The notes under the pieces: generated by a model
What the model was told of the DNA's origin: nothing
Seen by the model: the letters and a program-made list of their open reading frames with translations, nothing else
Databases searched by the model: none
Translations under genes and position numbers: made by a program
Shown: one piece after another, positions 38,765 to 50,435 of the stretch
Position numbering within the stretch: the first letter of the stretch is position 1
Layout: each line of letters starts with the position of its first letter
Source: Vicugna vicugna
Taxonomy: Eukaryota
Direction of reading: 5' to 3'
Assembly: GCA_013265495.1 (NCBI GenBank)
Contig: MU058531.1
Span: 2,294,911 to 2,358,910 of the forward strand
DNA: 64,000 nt

Positions 38765-38993
38765 TCCCGGGGGCGGGGAGCTCGGCCGGCGGGGGCGGGC
38801 CAAGGGCGGGGGCGGGAGGCGGCTCCCTGGGCTCCGCGCGATTGGCCGCAGGACCAGGCGGCAGGAAGGGGCCAGAGAGCGCGGCCCCACCCCGCGGTCG
38901 GCAGAGCCTATCGCCGGGAGCGCGGAGCGCGAATAAATGTAGCGCCGCGGAACGGGCCGGCAGCTCTCCGAGGGGCCGGAGCTCGGCGGAACC
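38765..38993 (+). promoter_or_regulatory. HHEX: HHEX core promoter and 5'UTR
   Basis: several GGGCGG boxes 38769-38817, inverted CCAAT (ATTGG 38841), TATA-like AATAAAT 38932, Kozak-like ggaaccATG. Confidence 0.8.
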
Positions 38994-39357
38994 ATGCAGT
39001 ACCCTCACCCCGGGCCGCCGGCGGCGGGCGCCGTAGGGGTGCCGCTGTACGCGCCCACGCCGCTGCTGCAGCCCGCGCACCCGACGCCGTTCTACATCGA
39101 GGACATCCTGGGCCGTGGGCCCGCCGCGCCCACCCCTACGCCCACGCTGCCGTCCCCCAACTCCTCCTTCACCAGCCTCGTGTCCTCCTACCGGACCCCG
39201 GTGTACGAGCCCACGCCGATCCACCCCGCCTTCTCGCACCACTCCGCCGCCGCACTGGCCGCCGCCTACGGACCTGGCGGCTTCGGGGGCCCTCTGTACC
39301 CCTTCCCGCGGTCGGTAAACGACTACACGCACGCCCTGCTCCGCCACGACCCCCTGG
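38994..39357 (+). CDS. HHEX: HHEX (PRH) exon 1, proline-rich repression domain
   Basis: MQYPHPGPPAAGAVGVPLYAPTPLL...TPFYIEDILG (eh1 motif)...LLRHDPLG; donor CTGG|gtaagg; 364 nt. Confidence 0.98.
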
Positions 39358-41497
39358 GTAAGGCGGCCGGGGTAATGGAGGGGCTGGGCCGGGGCAGCGG
39401 AGAGGAGGGCGCCACCCGGCAGGTGGCAGCGCCCAGAAGGCGGCGGGGGCGGAGGGAGAGGCAATAGAAAGTTGTGGCAAAAGCGATTGAAAAGCGGCTG
39501 TCGGGCGCGCGCGGGGACAGGAGGCGCGGGCCCCGGCGGCGCGCAGCCCAGACTGACCGCACCATGACTCAGATTGGTTTTCCTGCACCTTATAGGCGTC
39601 GAGGCGCCCGAGCCGGGGCCAGACCTCGGGCGCTGCTGCCGGGGCTGGGGGCCGAAGGCAGTCCTGGGGGCGCGTGTCGCCCGGGTTCGGGCTGTCTTAG
39701 CCGGAGAGACTGGGAGGGAGTGCCAAGGCGTTCCGGGCCATTCCTGCGGGGCAGGGATAGTTGCCGGGCCCGGGTGGTTACGGGGCTGGACCTGGTTCAA
39801 CAAGCTTGTGTAGTGAAAGAGGCTGACCCTTTCCGTTCATACAGGAAATCTTGAGTTCTCGATAGGAGTAAATCTGGTTTCAGAAGCTGTTAAGTGTTTT
39901 CCTGGCTGCATGAAGCAGACCCTTCCCCCGGAGTAGTGCACGCTGCTGATTATTTTATCGACATCCTCAATACAGACAAATTCAGGAAACACTCGACTTC
40001 TGATAGCCGGGATCCGTTTTTCTGATATTGTTCATTTCCTCTGTGTGGGATGTGACATTATGGCAGCTAAAATAACCAGTTGCTTCCTTTTTTTTGAGCC
40101 TGTTTTGCACCATTCTGAATCCTGACGTAAGCAAAATCTCGAGAAAAAAACAACAACAACAAAACCAATGCCAGCTTTCAAAGCGTTTAGTGCAGGCCCG
40201 CAGACCCACGGACTGACGGATGGACTGACCGACGCATCTTTGCAACAGGAAGGGTAGCGCGGACACGCTGGCCGTATAGAGTTTGAGTGCACGGCCTAAG
40301 TAACCACCCGTGATCCGCGCTCCGAGTGGCCCTTGGCGCGTCCGGCATCTGAAGCCCCGGATAAATAAAACGGGGCTCCCTGCCTTGAGCTACCAGGGTT
40401 TTAAATCTACTGTTATCGGCAGCTTCTGCTGGCACCCTGGAGACAACATTTTAATTAATTGACATTTTAATGTCATCATTATCGTGGTGCGGTCCCTCCC
40501 TCAGTTCCCCACTTCCTTTCTCATCGCTAAAGAGATTTTGAAGCTATATTTTGGGGCGATTTGGGGGTTATATTTTAGTTCCTTTTTACTTGTTATTATA
40601 TTGTGTCTTTGAGTCCATCCTCGAGGGTTTGGAGTCACAGGCCCGGCGTGGCTCTCTTCTCCTACTGTGGCTGGAGGAGGACCCTCCGTTGGGCCGAGCC
40701 TGGGGGCGAACGTTTTCACGGAGCGCGCCCTGGGTTTCCTTGGGTTACTACTGGGACTGCGCAGGAGGAAGCAAAGGGTTTTTCGAGATAGACCAACAGG
40801 AAACACATTGACGGAAATGTTGCCATAGCCCACGGGGTGGCTTTAACTGGCCGCCCCCGCAGGCTGGGTGTGAAATCAGAGGAGGCCGCTGCGCCCTCCG
40901 GCTAGGATTGGAAGCTCCACGCGTGTCCTGACGCCCGCGCCCGGGCCAGAGGGCTTCCCTCCCAGCCGTGGGTTGGGCTCCAGCTGCCGGCCCCTGGTAG
41001 CAACGCCTTGACTAGTGTGACAGACCCACTCCTCCCCAACATAATGCACGCTCCAGTGTTTGGAAGGTGCAGTTCACCAAGGGAGAGGACCTAGAGGCGC
41101 AAAAAGTTGTATATAAATTCTCAGAGCCACTGGTTTAAGAGGGTCATAGTATTTTAAGCTCAACCTATAGCCGGTGTTTTTTGGGGGGTCAAAATGTTTG
41201 TATCTAGCTGTAGGTGTGACTGTTTTATGTGTCTGTGAGTGTACAAGTGCGATCTGTGTACATATGCAGTATAGGTGTGTGACTGGGTGTTCCTCGGTCT
41301 CTAGGTATGTGTCTTGGTGGGGTGAGGTGGGTCCATGTGTTGGTGGGTGTATGTGAATGTGTCTAGTTGTCTGGTTGAGTGTCCTCTAGGCTCCCTTCCT
41401 CCTCTTTGTCACCCCCCCCCGCCGGGGAGGGGCCAGGCAGGACTAAGGTGGGCCAGGCCGCTCCAGGACCCTCAGTAACCGTCACTGTTGCCCGCAG

Positions 41498-41676
41498 GCA
41501 AACCCCTACTATGGAGCCCTTTCCTGCAGAGACCACTGCATAAAAGGAAAGGCGGCCAGGTGAGGTTCTCCAATGACCAGACCATAGAGCTGGAGAAGAA
41601 GTTTGAGACCCAGAAATACCTCTCCCCGCCCGAGAGAAAGCGTCTAGCCAAGATGCTGCAGCTTAGCGAGAGGCAG
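41498..41676 (+). CDS. HHEX: HHEX exon 2, homeodomain N-terminal arm and helices 1-2
   Basis: cgcag|GCAAAC...AGGCAG|gtgagc; 179 nt; KRKGGQVRFSNDQTIELEKKFETQKYLSPPERKRLAKMLQLSERQ. Confidence 0.98.
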
Positions 41677-41878
41677 GTGAGCTCGCCCGCCAGCCAGGGG
41701 AGGCTCCTGGGGCGGGGTTCGCGGGACCCAAGAAAGACGTGGAGCCTCGGTGCGCTCTGGCGCCTGGAGCGCCGGGCTGCTCAGCGGCCCCTGAAGCTTT
41801 CCCCAACCCCGCTCCGCTCCCCAAGTCTCTTAGGATTCTGGGCTCCTGGCTAGTTTTTTTTTTTTCTCTTTCCTATAG

Positions 41879-41929
41879 GTCAAAACGTGGTTTCAGAATC
41901 GACGCGCTAAATGGAGAAGACTAAAACAG
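41879..41929 (+). CDS. HHEX: HHEX exon 3, homeodomain recognition helix
   Basis: ctatag|GTCAAA...AAACAG|gtattg; 51 nt; VKTWFQNRRAKWRRLKQ. Confidence 0.98.
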
Positions 41930-43764
41930 GTATTGACATGGTTCTGTTTCTATGGAAATAAATATTTTTATCATGTTATCTCAATGCGAGGCCTGTTGTA
42001 GGTTGTATGCAAAAGTCATTTGAGAGACTATTTAACCTCTTCACCTTGATTAAAAAGGCAAATAGTCCTGCTGAAATTCAGGATGAGTTGTTCAGGCGGC
42101 AGTAATGCTAAAAGCACCTAATGCAGTTCCTATATCAGTTATGCTTGGGTTTTCACACACTGGCTAGTAAAACTTCCAGCTAATTGTTTTATAAACCCCA
42201 TATGTTGTTTATCTAATTAACGCAGGAAAGATAAAGTAATTGCAGTAAATGACTTAAGCAGTTATCTTTGGGAGAAAATTGTTTCTTTTATTTACACAGC
42301 CATAATAAAACCAGGCAGAGCTCAAGGGTAAATATAAGGAAATAAACACCTTTAAGTCTTGTTTACACTGTTTTTTAGAAGAATTAAATATCAAAGAGTT
42401 AAAAATTATTTCCCCATTAATTCTAGCTCTCAAAATGAATATAAAAACAGTAAGAGAAAACCCAAGCCTGTTTGGAAAATAGCTTACACTTTATAACAGT
42501 CTTTTCTTCCAATGACCTTGTTATGCAACATGTGATAAAAAGTAAAGGCTAATTCAGTTTTTAAAGAAGCTCTGTTGACTTAAAGCTAAAGATTAGTTTT
42601 CGATGTCCTAATCTGGATAGCTTCTCCAAAGTTATATGACAACTGCTGAATTTTTCATTTGCCAGTGTATATATAATTTATAATAAAATATTTTTGAAAC
42701 AATCATATGAGTGGGGAAACTGTAAGCAGTGTGCATTTTAAAATTTAGCAATCATAACTTGTTCATTAAAAACAAGATGGTGTCACAAAGAACACTCTGA
42801 AACAGAAAATAAAATTCCCGTAATTTCATTATCCTAATATGATTTAAAAAATTTCAAATTCCTTCTCAATCTCTGACCTTGTATGACCTTAGGATCATAA
42901 TCTCTGACAACCTTAGTTGTAAGCCTGGTAAATCTATCATTCTATAGCCTTGCTTTAGATATAAAAACCTTAGCTGTGTATCATAATATTTCTATATAGT
43001 ATTTATGTGCATTTTAGATAAACATAGGATTAAAAATTTACTAACTTACTTAGTTCTTGGTCAAAGGCAGTTTACCAGCAGCTTTTAAAATAGTGGCTCC
43101 TATGTAATTTGGAATATTTTCCAGAAATTTCCTCCAGATTTTAAGTAAATTGTACTTGTCTCCCTTTTTCAGTTGGCAACATTCTTCCAGTCCTGCATTT
43201 TTTCTTTGCCATGATTATATAACTTGCTACACATATTTATATGTGTATATATTTGTAAATATACCCTAGAAAATGGATTAAAAAGGATTGATCTAATAAT
43301 TTTGAAACTTTATTCTTAATTCACTATTGAGCATTTATACTTTTTAAATGTCTGGAAGACCCTGTTAATTGGAAAGATTTAAATAGTTGAAGAATAAAGA
43401 TAGTTTGTATCTGTAGTGATCTAATTTATTTTTCCCCCTAAGCTTTTGAGAATCTTGAGACCATGGGTCTGGGCTGGAATTAAGTGTTCATTCGACATAG
43501 TACCTTTACAATTATATTTGTAATTGGTTGTTGTTCTTGTCCGGCAAGAGTATAATCTTTCTCTGATACAACAGGAACTTTACTTCTTCCAAAGTGAGAA
43601 AGAAGCACAAGTATATATTTTTCTAAATAAAAATTGTAGCTAAAAACAATCAATAAACTAAAAGTTAAAAAGATTGTAAAAGATGAAAAGACATTTAATT
43701 TATGTCTCTTACTTCTCCATATTTCATGATCCCACCAATCTCCATTTTCATCCTCATCTTTCAG

Positions 43765-43983
43765 GAGAACCCTCAAAACAATAAAAAAGAAGAACTAGAA
43801 AGTTTGGACAATTCCTGCGACCAGAGGCAAGACATAGCCAGTGAACAAAATAAAGGTGCTTTGGATAGCTCTCAGTGTTCGCCCTCCCCTGCCTCCCAGG
43901 AAGACCTTGAATCAGAGATTTCAGAGGATTCTGATCAGGAAGTGGACATTGAGGGCGATAAAGGCTATTTTAATGCTGGATGA
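43765..43983 (+). CDS. HHEX: HHEX exon 4, acidic C-terminus and stop
   Basis: ttcag|GAGAAC...GGATGA; 219 nt; total CDS 364+179+51+219=813 nt = 270 aa. Confidence 0.98.
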   Translation, partial: ENPQNNKKEELESLDNSCDQRQDIASEQNKGALDSSQCSPSPASQEDLESEISEDSDQEVDIEGDKGYFNAG

Positions 43984-44845
43984 TGACCATTGACATTGGC
44001 ATGTTCAGAAAACTTGACTTGGGAATAACAGTTGCTACAGAAAATCTCCGTAGATGAACTGGAAAACTATATGAGAAAGGGAATCCATTTTCTGGTATTT
44101 TGGAAACCTAAAATATTCAGTGCACTGGCTAAATAACAAACTCACATTGAAACCTTAATTTTGACTTAAATAGTTTATATACTGATTTTAGATTGTATGA
44201 TAAAGGGACTCTTCACTGATTAAATTCACCATCTTTTAAAAAAATGTTTTTCTATTTATAAAAAGTAATTTTGAACTTTTTGGTTAAATTCCTAAGTTAT
44301 AACTTTAAAGATTTTAATAGGGCCTTCTGGAATGACTTTTCTATAATTTCTACATCCCACTTAATAGAAAAACAAAGAGGCCCCCCAAATCCAGAGGTAT
44401 GCCTCGAAATCAGGGCCCACAATTTTAAAGGAAATATTCTTTTATATTACATTCTTACACTGCTGCCTTAAATCCAAAACCATCTTAGAGATCTTGTCTC
44501 GGGAACATATGTGTTCTTTTTGTCAGGGAGGTATGGTTGATAATCTTAAATGCTTGTTTTGCGCTATGGCTTAGTACCTGTTTGACCAGGGTGTTAAGAG
44601 GATAGTACAGTCCAGTTCAAGCAGAGAAACTGACTCATCAGTGACTAAAATTAATCACAGATGAACTAGACGTAGCAGGTTAATTAAATGTAAGTAGATT
44701 GTAGATATGTGTTTTATATTAAACAGTGTTTATAATGTATGTATATATAATTGTTCACTGTAAAGAAAAATGGCCCAAATGGTTTGTTTGCTTTTTTAAA
44801 TTCGTAACTTGTCTATAAAATAAATCCATCGGTGGGACGACTGAC
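43984..44845 (+). other. HHEX: HHEX 3'UTR and polyA signal
   Basis: AT-rich; AATAAA at 44819-44824 and again at 44874-44879; end approximate. Confidence 0.7.
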
Positions 44846-45385
44846 CTCAGTGGACCTCTCATTCTTCGATTAAAATAAACCCACACCTTTTCTTAACGCG
44901 CCTCGGGTGCCTGGCGCAGTGCTGGGCGCTGGGGCGGTGCGTGCCGTGCGTCTCGCTGGGGCTCTTGCAGCCCATGGTGTCCCGGGAGCGTGGTTCTGGG
45001 CTGCGGCCGAGCGGTGAGCACCTGAAAGGTGTATTTGGGCCTTTCCCCAGGAGTTTGCTGGGGGTGTGTGTGTGCGTGTGCGTGCGTGCGTGCGTGTGCG
45101 TGTGTCTGGGGTAGCGGGGAAGGCTCCCGTCCGCGGACCCCGAGCCCCAGCCGCGGGAAGAGCAGTTGAGCGGAGTCCCGCTGCGCCGCCGCGGTGGAGC
45201 GCCGAGCGCCATCGATTCACCTTGGATTGCCGGGCCGGCCCAGACCGCCGTCCTTGACCCGCGTGAGTCAACACTGCGTCATCCCTTGGCGGCCGAGCCC
45301 AGTTGGAGGGGGTGGGGGGTTCGCTTAGTGGGGTGGGAGGGCCTGGGAGGGAGGAGCGGGAAAGCAGTTTGCGCTGAGAGAGCGG
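44830..45385. promoter_or_regulatory. Small CpG island immediately downstream of HHEX
   Basis: GC- and CpG-dense ~550 bp with no recognisable gene. Confidence 0.8.
45064..45105. repeat. (TG)n/(TGCG)n alternating purine-pyrimidine tract
   Basis: gtgtgtgtgtgcgtgtgcgtgcgtgcgtgcgtgtgcgtgtgt. Confidence 0.95.
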
Positions 45386-45552
45386 TTCTCACTCTTTAGT
45401 GAGCCTCAGAATTACCCACAGAGCTTGTCTGAACTCACTGCCCACCCCATCCCCAGAGTTTCTGATTTGATAGATCTGGGGTGGGACAGCGAATTTGCAC
45501 CTCTAGCAAGTGCTCAGGTAACGTCCTAGCCGCTGGTCTGGGGACCATTGTT
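45380..45552. mobile_element. MER5A-like DNA transposon
   Basis: gcggttctca...ccccagagtttctgatt...gatctggggtggg...gaatttgcacctctagcaag. Confidence 0.75.
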
Positions 45553-48500
45553 CTAATGTGCTCCTTGTGTGAAATAAGCAGGTGGGACCCGCATGGCCCT
45601 CTTCACTCCTCCTTCACCTGCTCCCCTCTTCCCAAGACAATTCCTGCCCCAGTGGGAGCAGGAGGCCAGCAGCAGTGAGAAGGAGGAAGAGGGAAGCCGG
45701 GACTACCCAGGGCGGTAGGAGGAGGGTTTAATGGTTGAGCAGAGGGAGCAGAGCCGAGGAAGGGGTGTTGTGAGCCAGGGGAGAATGAAGTGCTGAGGTG
45801 AGGGTGGGTGTGGGGCTGAGAGGAACTGTGGGCTGAGGTTTCTGCCGGGCCCAGGTATTGCTAGCCTGCATCCAGCTGCTCGCCTAGCTGACATTCCAGG
45901 AAAATGAGGAGAGAGATCCGTGAGCTGGAGAGGCCAGGAATCTCTTCCCCTAGCCTGGGCCTCCATGGAGGCTTCTAGCTGTGGACATGAGTGCCTCTGG
46001 GCTGAGGTCCTGTGAAGGAACATCTTTGCCACTGGCCTGGCCTGGCCTAACTAGGGCTGTGACTCGTCAGACAAAGGTACTCAGGTGAAGACAATGGGAA
46101 AAAATCAGTGCATTTAGGAGGTTGTCACACCCTGTCTCCTTAGATTCCAAGAAGGCCTTTGCAATTACCTATGAATTTGAATTTCTGAGAAAATTAGTAC
46201 TGAGTCCTTAAGCACAGAGGTGTGCACAGTTTAAAGATTTGGGTTGGAGTTTTGGTTCTTGGCCTCAGTTCTCTCATAGAATGAAGATGGTCTAGATATC
46301 TACAAGGCCCAGTCCAGTCCCTGAGTTCCCAACTCAGCTCAAGCACTTTATCTTTGTTGTTCTGCCCATTCTATGTCTCCTCAATGTTGGAGTCCAAAGT
46401 AGGCATCCAGTGAGAGGGTCTCCTTTCCATTCAGCTGTGGGCTCCAGGCTCCCAGACCCTGTCTGCCAGTTTACATCAAGGTTTCAAAGGTTGTAATCAG
46501 TCTCATTCGAAAATGGGACTATCTATATCAGAGTCTGGGGTGAACAGGAGGCTTGTGGGCCTAATATTGAATTAAAGCAGTCCTGAAATCAGTGTGTGTT
46601 TCCTTCCTGGAGATAACCTCTGGTTAATGTTTATTCTTGAGAATAACTGTATCATGACTATCAAGCAGGGAAATACAGGCTTATGTATTGATTGACACTA
46701 CAACAATTGAGGGGTGAAATCTTGCTTTAAAGTAGACAATCCCTGAAGCCAGGCCATTTTCCAATTTAAAGCTATTCCCAACTCTCTTCGAGTCGCTCAT
46801 GTTCTGAATCTAAACATGTCCTTAAGAATCCAGAGCATGTTAACTGGAGGAAGTACAATATTCTCAGGACACAGGTTGGCACTAACTTTTCTAAAGTGCC
46901 CCATTGCAGATTGCCAATGAGTATTTACAAATTCTTCCTACAATCCAGGCATTTTTCATTTGTTTGTCTTTTGGCTATTTCATGTTGAAGCAGCATGTAT
47001 GACCTTTACAGCACAACTCCTGTCTTGTTTTTAACTCTTTTTATCAGGAGATTCAACTTGAAAACGGTTATCATTTAGCAGAAAGACAAACAGAAAAGCA
47101 CATTTTTGTAAGCAAAACGTTAATGATTGGAAGAATTGCCCTAATTTCACCATGACAGTGTGTGATTAATCCCCTGGGTCATGTACTTATACTTTAAGTT
47201 ATTCAGTTCGTTGGTCTTTGATATTCAGAACCCCTTCTAACTTAATAGGGTATTGATTTTGTTGAATGATGTACTTTGACTCTTTAAACAACATCACTTT
47301 TAGGGATGACTAGCCTGCTGTGTATATTTTATTTAGAGAACTATTGCATAAGTTTTCTTTTTCTTACTTTTTATGGTTTTCTCAGGGTGAAAGCTGATAA
47401 GACATCTTGTGGGAAAAGAGGAAACCATATCTGATAGTGAAAGTACCTATTCTCTTTCAACACTTCTGACAACCTTGTGTGTGTGTGTGTGTGGTTTCAT
47501 TGCTGTGAATATTCATTTTAGTTAATGGGGGCAGGGCAGGGATTTAAGAAAATGTGTGTAGGCTTGGGGGAAAGGTATTTTGCTGGGGATAGAACACACC
47601 AAAATTCCCATTCCTGTTATCTCGACCTGTGGAAGATGACAGGAACTCAAAAGCTCACGCTTTTGATTTTTCTTTAAAATCTAATAACCAATGATCCTTT
47701 AAATCTGTGACTGGAGGTGATATTTATGTAACTATTGACAACATGGGACAGAATGTGAAAAACCAAACATTCACTCAGGATGCTTCTAAATGGTTAGGAG
47801 TTTGGCATCTTGTAGTACAAATAATCAGATGTTGTACTAACGTATACTTTTGATTCCTTTGGGTTTCATGAAATTCCAGCTGGAATCTCTGAATAATCTG
47901 AGTTTGTCCCTTGATACTTTTTTGGGGGTGGGTATTGTTGTTGAATGTAAATGAGAAGCACTTTGAAGAGTCCTCCCACCCACCAAAATGTCTGAGATCC
48001 AAGGTCTACTACCCCTTAGGATGTGCCTATGGGGAACTTTACTTAGGAATCAGCGTTGTGGGTAAGAACAGGGTGGAAGTAAGGCAGACAAGTCCCTTCC
48101 GCCTCCCTTGTTGGCTGAGGGCCTTGGGAAACGTGACTTCTCAGCCTAAGTTCCTCCAGAGGTGGGCTGCTCACCTGAGAGGTGGCATCAGCCCCTGGCA
48201 CACAGTGGGCGCCAAGTATCAGCCAGAAAAGCTACAAAGCCCCCACTGAGTCCCTTCTTTTGAGGCAGCTCTTTGATTCGCAGTTGCAGGCGGGAAATCT
48301 CTTCAGTCAGATGTACACAAATCTCTCCAGACAATAGAGAGGGCTGCGGGGAGGAGACCTTGGGGCTGGCAAAGGCATTTCCTGTCTGCGAGGATCTTGA
48401 CTTTGGAGCATCCGGCGGTTGGTCGCTGCGAGGTTTTCGAGACGGCCGGATATTTTCCCGTGTGGCTCCTTAAAAAACGTCACTACCAATTTAAAGCGAT

Positions 48501-49559
48501 TTTCTAGATGAAAGCTAATGAGATAACTTCTCATTAAAAAATTTTTTTTAAGCATTAGAATTTTTTTTCTAATTTGGAAGGGAAGTTTGTTATTCAAAAA
48601 TCTTAAAAATTCAAAAATCTCATCATTAATCTCTTCACTCCATAACACGAAAGGGTTAACGGTAACCCCCATTCCCGCCCCACCCCCAATTCATAGATAC
48701 TTGCCACTTGTCAGAGGAGAAATGTCTCTTCAGTTCGTCTTCATTAAACTTGTTTAGGTTTTCCCTTTATCCTTTAATTATGCCCTTTATCCCTCCTCAC
48801 CTCTCCACTTTTTATTTATTCCCTTTCTACCCTCCTCGTCCTCCATCTCAAGATTGCTCTTCCTCATTCAGTTTATTTCCCCATTAAGAATAGAAAATGA
48901 CTAGTTAATTCTTCAGATGTCACAATCAGGGCCAAAATTTTTCTTCAAATATGTAGAAATTTTCAGCTTTCAGGTGGAAATCCTCTTGGAGGGGGGTGTT
49001 GCTGAAGTCCTAATACACTGCTCCCATCCCACCCAGGACAGTTCTTTAGCTTTTTCTTCTTCATCTTCTTCTTTTCTTTAATGTAGGGATTAATAATAAT
49101 TGAAAAGCAATAATGCTTGGGTCTCCAAGGGTCAAGCACCTGTGCACTGGGGTCAGTGGAGCTGCCTGAGAGATGGTGCAGTAAAGGGGTAGGCACAGGA
49201 TGCTGGAGGCTCCTAATGCCAAGAAAGGGAAATGGAGTGCTGTTGCGGGGAGAGATGATCATGTTCACAGACCTGGGAGTGAAGGAGGGCAGCGGGTAAG
49301 TGTGACCAGCATCTTCAGAGGTGTTTGGGTTCCAGCAGTTTGGAGAAGGGATTAAGGACCCGCATTCTCCCCTCCGGGTCACACAGACCTCTTGGCGGTT
49401 GCAGTTTCCTCCACCTGCAACTCTCCTTCCCCAGACAGCCTCACCTCCCTCAGGCTTGGTCTTCCTTAATTATGGGATTTAAAATCACAACCTCCTCTAA
49501 CCTATTTCCCTCCTACATTTTACTGTTTTCTATTTCCCTTATTACAATTGGATCTTTTT

Positions 49560-49712
49560 ATTTTTTTATTTATTATTTGTCTCTCCTTAGCATGTTAATG
49601 CCATGAGGGTAGGAATTTTTGTCTGTTTCGGCTACCACTATATATAGTTCCAGCCTGATGTATTTAAGGCACACCTTAAAGTTTGTGTTCAATGAATGAA
49701 TGAATGAATGCA
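49560..49712 (+). mobile_element. LINE-2 3' end
   Basis: ccatgagggtaggaatttttgtctgttt...tgaatgaatgaatgaatg tail. Confidence 0.65.
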
Positions 49713-50247
49713 CATATATGGAGCATTTACTGTATATGAAACATGAGTCCTTCACATAGTTTATATAATTTAGTTCTCACAAAAATCTTATCTGTGCAGT
49801 GGATACTGTTATCACCCCATTTTCCAGGTAAGGAAACTGTCATCAAGAAGTTAAGCCCAAGATCTCAATTACTATACCAGTCAATGTTGTAATGTAAACT
49901 TCCTCATTTAATCTGTTGTACCCTTGAGAAAGTAGCAAGCCAGGTCTAATTCTAGCTGTAAGAATAGAGTGGAAGGTTTTTGTCCATTTTATGTAATCTT
50001 TTTGCCATAATTCAAGCCCAGCACTAAATCGGGAAGGGTTACAACACAATATAGGGAATGTGCAGTTTCTGTGTGTATAGCACACTATTCTGTTACACAA
50101 GAAACTAATAAACTGACTGGAGCACACTTTCCAGTTTTCTGGGGAAATGAACATAATGAAATACACTTTGTAGCTTTCAAAGTGCGCCTGGTCCATACTT
50201 TTCGGTGTTCCCATTATATAAACTGTTTAGTGTCATTATATTTCTTC

Positions 50248-50435
50248 CTTTTAATTTTTATTTATTTATTTTTAAAATGAAGTATAGTCAGTTTACAATG
50301 TTGTGTCAATTTCTGGTGTACACCATAATGTTTGTCATCCATATGAAGTCCTTTTCATGTTCTTTTTCATTATAGGTTACTACAAGATCCAGAATATGGT
50401 TCCCTGTGCTGTACAATAGAAACTTGTTGTTTATC
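50248..50435 (-). mobile_element. Short antisense L1 3'UTR insertion with TSD
   Basis: gaagtatagtcagtttacaatgttgtgtc...ttccctgtgctgtaca; TSD tatatttcttc 50237-50247 / 50436-50446. Confidence 0.85.

Larger units (their letters stand above)
37940..40990. promoter_or_regulatory. CpG island over the HHEX promoter, exon 1 and intron 1
   Basis: abrupt rise in GC and CpG density relative to the CpG-poor flanks; edges approximate. Confidence 0.9.

Noticed and set aside
38937..38942. Minimal ATG-TAG uORF before HHEX
   Set aside because: It overlaps the TATA-like box and is probably upstream of the main transcription start.
38321..39854. Long overlapping ORFs, including 347 aa on the minus strand (38760-39803), 252 aa, 224 aa and 200 aa
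   Set aside because: Pro/Arg/Gly/Ala-rich translations expected from stop-codon scarcity in a CpG island; no recognisable domain; they overlap HHEX exon 1.
44859..45399. ORFs across the downstream CpG island
   Set aside because: GC-rich, and include translated microsatellite (HTHTHARTH).
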